DNA of 64,000 nt from NCBI GenBank assembly GCA_038046765.1, contig JBBSVN010000012.1, positions 36,044-100,043 of the forward strand. Direction: 5' to 3'. Below are positions 59,777 through 64,000 of the stretch, one piece after another. The notes beneath the pieces are model-generated. The model saw only the letters and a program-made list of their open reading frames with translations. It ran no database searches and was not told the DNA's origin. Origin of the DNA: Candidatus Micrarchaeota archaeon (GTDB lineage Archaea; Micrarchaeota; Micrarchaeia; Anstonellales; Bilamarchaeaceae). Every line of letters begins with the position of its first letter. Within the stretch, counting starts at the first letter, position 1. The position numbers were made by a program, and so were the translations under genes.

Positions 59777-60208
59777 GTGCACCTTATCGTTGATACGAAT
59801 ATAATAATTTCTGCATTAATAAGAAGGGCAATAACCTATGAAATAATTAAAATAGGAAATTTACACATTTATGTTCCCGAGCATTCAATACAAGAAATCG
59901 AAAGAAACAAACAAGAAATAATCGATAAGATGAAAGTATCTGCTGACGAATTTCAAATTGTTCTTATTAGCCTTCTTTCTCATGTTGAAATTATTCCTAG
60001 GGGGCAGTATTGTGAATTTGAAGAACAAGCAAAACAAGTTTGTCCACATTACAAGGATTTTACTTTTTTTGCGCTTGCCTTAGCTAAAGATTTGCCGCTT
60101 TGGACTAATGAAAAGAGACTTGCGCAACAGAGTCGTGTAACTGTTTATAATACTGGTCAAATAATTGAAAAGATTGGAAGAAATTTGTTTGTTAGACTTA
60201 ATTTATGA
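59777..60208 (+). CDS. PIN-domain (VapC-like) protein. GTG start.
   Basis: LIVDTNIIISAL N-terminal acidic motif and a downstream conserved D/T residue pattern typical of PIN. Confidence 0.5.
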   Translation: MHLIVDTNIIISALIRRAITYEIIKIGNLHIYVPEHSIQEIERNKQEIIDKMKVSADEFQIVLISLLSHVEIIPRGQYCEFEEQAKQVCPHYKDFTFFALALAKDLPLWTNEKRLAQQSRVTVYNTGQIIEKIGRNLFVRLNL

Positions 60209-60212
60209 TTTG

Positions 60213-61718
60213 TCAGCTTTTAAAATCCAAAGTCCTTAATTTCCCGTATTTAGTTTCATAAACAGGAACCATTGCAGGCGTTGGTATATGTCCCTGCTTT
60301 ACCTGATACTCTGTCTGGTCCTGAAATGTCCCGGAATTAATTACCAAAGTTCCACGATACGCAGTATAGCCATTCTTGTGCACGTGTCCTGAGTGAAAAA
60401 CATCCGGTTCATCTTCAATAACAAAGTAATCAATTTTTTCAGGTATGATCAGATTACCTGGGTAAATAGGAGATAAATGCCTTCTTTTTAAGTACTCTAC
60501 CATAACTTTTTCAGGATGGGCATAACTTGCATTTGGTAAACATGCAATTAATGAATCCATACTTGTCCCATGGTAAATCAAATGTTTTAATCCTTCGATA
60601 TTTACTGTACTAGGATTTCCGATTCGGACAATTCGGTCATTTTTAATTAGGTCTTTTGGTATTGCTGGCATTGGTTCGCCACGTCTTACTGCATCGTGAT
60701 TTCCTGGTCCTACAATTACTTCGATATAATCAGGGACGCGCTCTAAAAAATCATCGAACATTTCATACTGTTTATAAATATCTTTGATCGTAAGTTCTTT
60801 TTCCTGATTCGGATAAACACCTATCCCATCAACAATATCTCCTGCAACAACAACATATTTTACTTTGGACGCAATATCCTTTGCTTCGCCCTTTCCTTGG
60901 AGCCATTCAGTAAAATAGTCAAAATATTTACTAAGAAAGTATCTTGACCCATAATGAATATCACTTATATAAACAATTCCAAGGTCGTTTTCCGTGGTTT
61001 TGCGTTCGCGCATTACAGGTAAATCTGGCCACTCAACTTCTTCAGCTATTAAGAACGCCTCCATTGCCTTTCCAGTTATTGCAATAACATCATCTTTTAG
61101 GATGTATCCCACTTTATCCCATACCTTTTCTTTTGAATTATTATCTTTTCCGTGTTCTACATGGCTAGAATTTTTTGAAATAATAACTTTAAATGTGCCA
61201 GTTAAATCTTCTACTTCAAGCATTACATTTCCTTTTTTTGTTTCACGTTTATCAAATACGCTAACAATGACCTTTACTTTCTGGTCTTTGTAATGCTTCA
61301 AATCTTTTAAGTCAACAATTGTTGTATGCCTGATACCGCCCCGAAGCATTTTCGCTAATTTTTCGTAGCGATCCCGAAAATAAGATATAAAATCGCCAAC
61401 TTCTCCTTTACTTCTTGATTTTCCTGTAACATCCCTAGTATGTGTTACCTGAATGTTTGAAGAATATTCCTTTGCAATTGGCTTAAAGAGCGGCTCTCTT
61501 AATATTTCCACTTTTACAGAATCAGCAGATAAATCAGAAGGTGCCTCCTTTGATATTTCAAGTTTATTTGTTTTATTTCTTATCTCGTCTAAATCTTCTT
61601 TAGTAATAAATGATTTATTTAGTGCGACAACTTGTTCGATAAGTTTTTCGTCTTTTTTTATTTCTTCTTGAGCCTCCAGTGTAAATCTCACACCTTTCTC
61701 CAGAAGCTTCTGCATCAT
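60213..61718 (-). CDS. DNA polymerase II (PolD) small subunit DP1 (Mre11-like phosphoesterase/exonuclease).
   Basis: VVVAGDIVDGIGVYP, GPGNHD, SGHVH phosphoesterase motifs and an N-terminal OB-fold region. Confidence 0.85.
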   Translation of the reverse strand: MMQKLLEKGVRFTLEAQEEIKKDEKLIEQVVALNKSFITKEDLDEIRNKTNKLEISKEAPSDLSADSVKVEILREPLFKPIAKEYSSNIQVTHTRDVTGKSRSKGEVGDFISYFRDRYEKLAKMLRGGIRHTTIVDLKDLKHYKDQKVKVIVSVFDKRETKKGNVMLEVEDLTGTFKVIISKNSSHVEHGKDNNSKEKVWDKVGYILKDDVIAITGKAMEAFLIAEEVEWPDLPVMRERKTTENDLGIVYISDIHYGSRYFLSKYFDYFTEWLQGKGEAKDIASKVKYVVVAGDIVDGIGVYPNQEKELTIKDIYKQYEMFDDFLERVPDYIEVIVGPGNHDAVRRGEPMPAIPKDLIKNDRIVRIGNPSTVNIEGLKHLIYHGTSMDSLIACLPNASYAHPEKVMVEYLKRRHLSPIYPGNLIIPEKIDYFVIEDEPDVFHSGHVHKNGYTAYRGTLVINSGTFQDQTEYQVKQGHIPTPAMVPVYETKYGKLRTLDFKS

Positions 61719-61727
61719 AAATAAGAC

Positions 61728-61988
61728 CTACTTAACCTTGAGTGATTCAAGTGCGCTTATTACTCCCCAAATTTGCGTTCGTGCATGGGCAGGCATGTTT
61801 ATATCTTCGCTTATTGACTCAATCAAGTATACTGCTGCGCTTGCCTTGACAATTTGTTCCTCATTGCTCTTAAGTCTTGTGCAAGCATCGTTTAATGCTT
61901 TTCTTATATTCTTTGGGATGCTATTATCTTCAGTAAGATTTTCGAGCATAGTTATAATTTCATTGACTTTTGGATCCATACGAGCCAC
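61728..61988 (-). CDS. UPF0147-family small archaeal protein.
   Basis: EIITMLENLTEDNSIPKNIRKALNDA matches the UPF0147 signature. Co-directional with and immediately upstream of DP1. Confidence 0.5.
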   Translation of the reverse strand: MARMDPKVNEIITMLENLTEDNSIPKNIRKALNDACTRLKSNEEQIVKASAAVYLIESISEDINMPAHARTQIWGVISALESLKVK

Positions 61989-62295
61989 CTCTTTATTTGC
62001 AAAAGTAAATCCTGTTGAATTTTTTTATTTTTTAAATAATCAGTTTGTTATTAATTAGTCTGCTTTTTTTTAAATAGGTATCTGTTAAGCAATGACAAGC
62101 TAATATATGCGCTTAAGAATTTCTGTTAGTCGATATAACTGCGTTGCGTTTTTCCATATGACGAATACTTTAAACGAGTCACGCTAAAATAAAAAGTAAG
62201 TTTGTTGCTTGTAGCGGAAAGTTTTTTTAAGCGCTTAAGTTAACCCTGATAGAATAATCACTAGTATTTAGAACCTAACTAGCTATTCTTTATTT

Positions 62296-63744
62296 ATGTT
62301 AAAATTCTACGATTCCTACTCTAAAACATTAATCGAATTTAATTACACTGGCCAAATAAATATGTATGTTTGCGGTTTGACTCCTTACGATAAAGCACAT
62401 GTTGGCCACTTAAGAACCTGTCTTGCTTTTGACTCAATCAAGCGTTTACTAATTAAAAGCGGGCTTGAAGTTCAACATATTCAAAATATCACTGATGTTG
62501 ATGATAAGATAATCAAGCGTTGCAAAGAAACTGGTACAGACCCAAAAGTACTCACAGAAACTAATCACAATGAAGCTTTAGAAATGTTTGACAAAGTTGG
62601 AATTATTCGGGCAGATGTTTATCCTAAAGTTACTCTTCATATAAAAGAAATTATCGAAATAATTCAAAAACTCATAAAAAATGGTTATGCATACCAAACA
62701 AAATCCGGAGTATACTATATTGTTGGCAAATTCTTAAAATATGGCAAATTAAGCGGTCAAAATCTAGATGAGGTAAAGGATGGCTCTAGGTTAGAAGTGG
62801 ATGAAACAAAGTACAATCCTGAAGATTTTGCCTTATGGAAAAATACATCCGGCGAAATAATCGAGTTTGATTCTCCGTGGGGTACTGGCAGGCCTGGGTG
62901 GCATATTGAATGCAGTGCAATGGCAGGTAAATATGCAAAAAAACTTCACATTCATGGTGGGGCTAGGGATTTAATTTTTCCGCATCATGAAAACGAGATT
63001 GCACAAAGCGAAGGCGCAACAAATGAAAAATTTGCAGAATTATGGCTTCACACTGGTTTTCTTACTGTTGATGGGGAGAAAATGAGTAAAAGCCTTGGAA
63101 ATTTTATTACTATTGATAAAATTGTAAATAAATTTAGTAAAAATGCAATTCGGTTTTTTATGTTAAATTCTCATTATCGGAGCCCTGTTGATTATAACGA
63201 AGCACAACTTGAAGCTGCGAGTGAAAGTGTTGAGCGCATACTAAACTCTATCGGACTTTTAAGAGAAGAACTTAAAGTTAAACTAAATGGGCCAGATGCA
63301 AATTTTAAACAAGAAACAAACGATCTAGTAAAAGAAATCTGGAGCTATCTTCGAAATGATTTTGATACTCCTAATGCATTAGCTAAACTATTTGACCTTG
63401 TGCGCGTTATAAATAAGCATGTTTCGAAAGAAAAAATTGATCACGCACAGCTTCTTCTTCTTGATAGCGGACTACAAAATATTTTGTGGGTATTTGGTTT
63501 TGAAGAGGAGAATAAACTATCGGGTTTAGACTCTAAAAAATCAGAACTGGAAGAAATAATTAAGGAGTTTGGTCTAAAAACAAAATCAAAACCAGACGAA
63601 ATGATCGAAAGTTTAATTGAACTTCGGATCGATGCTCGAGCTAAAAAGGATTATAAAAAGAGTGACCTGATTCGCTCTAAATTAAAGGAAATTGGAATTA
63701 TTATAGAAGATTCTAGCTCTGGGCAAAGATGGAAGGTTGAATGA
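62296..63744 (+). CDS. cysS: Cysteinyl-tRNA synthetase.
   Basis: HIGH motif (HVGH), a KMSKS motif, and Zn-binding residues of class I CysRS. Confidence 0.9.
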   Translation: MLKFYDSYSKTLIEFNYTGQINMYVCGLTPYDKAHVGHLRTCLAFDSIKRLLIKSGLEVQHIQNITDVDDKIIKRCKETGTDPKVLTETNHNEALEMFDKVGIIRADVYPKVTLHIKEIIEIIQKLIKNGYAYQTKSGVYYIVGKFLKYGKLSGQNLDEVKDGSRLEVDETKYNPEDFALWKNTSGEIIEFDSPWGTGRPGWHIECSAMAGKYAKKLHIHGGARDLIFPHHENEIAQSEGATNEKFAELWLHTGFLTVDGEKMSKSLGNFITIDKIVNKFSKNAIRFFMLNSHYRSPVDYNEAQLEAASESVERILNSIGLLREELKVKLNGPDANFKQETNDLVKEIWSYLRNDFDTPNALAKLFDLVRVINKHVSKEKIDHAQLLLLDSGLQNILWVFGFEEENKLSGLDSKKSELEEIIKEFGLKTKSKPDEMIESLIELRIDARAKKDYKKSDLIRSKLKEIGIIIEDSSSGQRWKVE

Positions 63745-63746
63745 GA

Positions 63747-63998
63747 TTATTCCAATACACTTATTGTAAACTTTCCCCCTTTTAATATTCTAAGTGCATA
63801 AATAAATTCTTCCTTTATTTGGGGGTCACTTTCTTCTCTTATTGCCTTCCCTAAAGCTTCTAAAATCTCATTCGTTCTCTTATTTATTATAATTAATGCT
63901 CTTGCAGAAGTTTCTCTTACTCTATCAGAAGATTCTAGTTTAGGGTCTAGTTTTTCCAGTAATTTTGGAATAGCTATCTCTGCTCTTAGTGTCCCCAA
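63747..63998 (-). CDS. HEAT-repeat-like protein, probably partial (N-terminus beyond the window end).
   Basis: Helical-repeat sequence (VRETSARAL, PQIKEEFIYAL). The ORF is open to the window edge. Confidence 0.3.
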   Translation of the reverse strand: MGTLRAEIAIPKLLEKLDPKLESSDRVRETSARALIIINKRTNEILEALGKAIREESDPQIKEEFIYALRILKGGKFTISVLE

Positions 63999-64000
63999 TG

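Noticed and set aside
1-64000. CRISPR arrays, rRNA, canonical tRNAs.
   Set aside because: No regularly spaced direct repeats were found. No GTTCRANYC T-loop with matching acceptor stems was found. The GC-rich island at 16.2-16.5 kb was checked for tRNA architecture and does not fit.

Overview
The window is a 64 kb segment of an AT-rich (about 32% GC) archaeal chromosome. No tRNA, rRNA or CRISPR array was found. The archaeal assignment rests on PolD DP1 and DP2 (DP2 carries a LAGLIDADG intein), Orc1/Cdc6, Rad50, UPF0147 and leaderless TATA-box promoters. Housekeeping content is kbl and tdh (threonine catabolism), proB-proA and proC (proline synthesis), cysS and mscL. The accessory content is large: a DUF1801/SRPBCC/VOC gene block that by recollection is typical of bacteria, an ABC-2 exporter, a secreted metzincin-like protease with thrombospondin type 3 (TSP3) repeats, lipoproteins, a class II Fic gene inserted inside the pro cluster, nucleotidyltransferase/wHTH (AbiE-like) and PIN toxin-antitoxin modules, and a PPDK_N-domain orphan. 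The most interesting locus is a tightly overlapping seven-gene operon on the minus strand at 33021-42773. It encodes a complete Hyf/Ech-like complex-I membrane module (NuoL-, NuoH(+E)-, NuoM/N-, NuoC-D- and NuoB-like subunits). Every redox-cofactor ligand has been lost: all four NuoB N2 cysteines and both large-subunit NiFe CxxC motifs, consistent with an Ehr-type ('energy-converting hydrogenase-related') complex. The operon is directly followed by two tandem duplicated-domain beta-carbonic-anhydrase paralogues, one with an intact zinc site and one degenerate, and a third weakly CA-like gene is divergently transcribed. This resembles a vectorial CO2/bicarbonate hydration or pH machine analogous to cyanobacterial NDH-1/CupA and DabAB. 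Other points of interest are a eukaryotic-like (pseudo)kinase gene wedged between kbl and tdh, a GC-rich candidate structured ncRNA at about 16.2-16.5 kb, and a cdc6-DP2-DP1 replication island interrupted by defence/toxin cargo.
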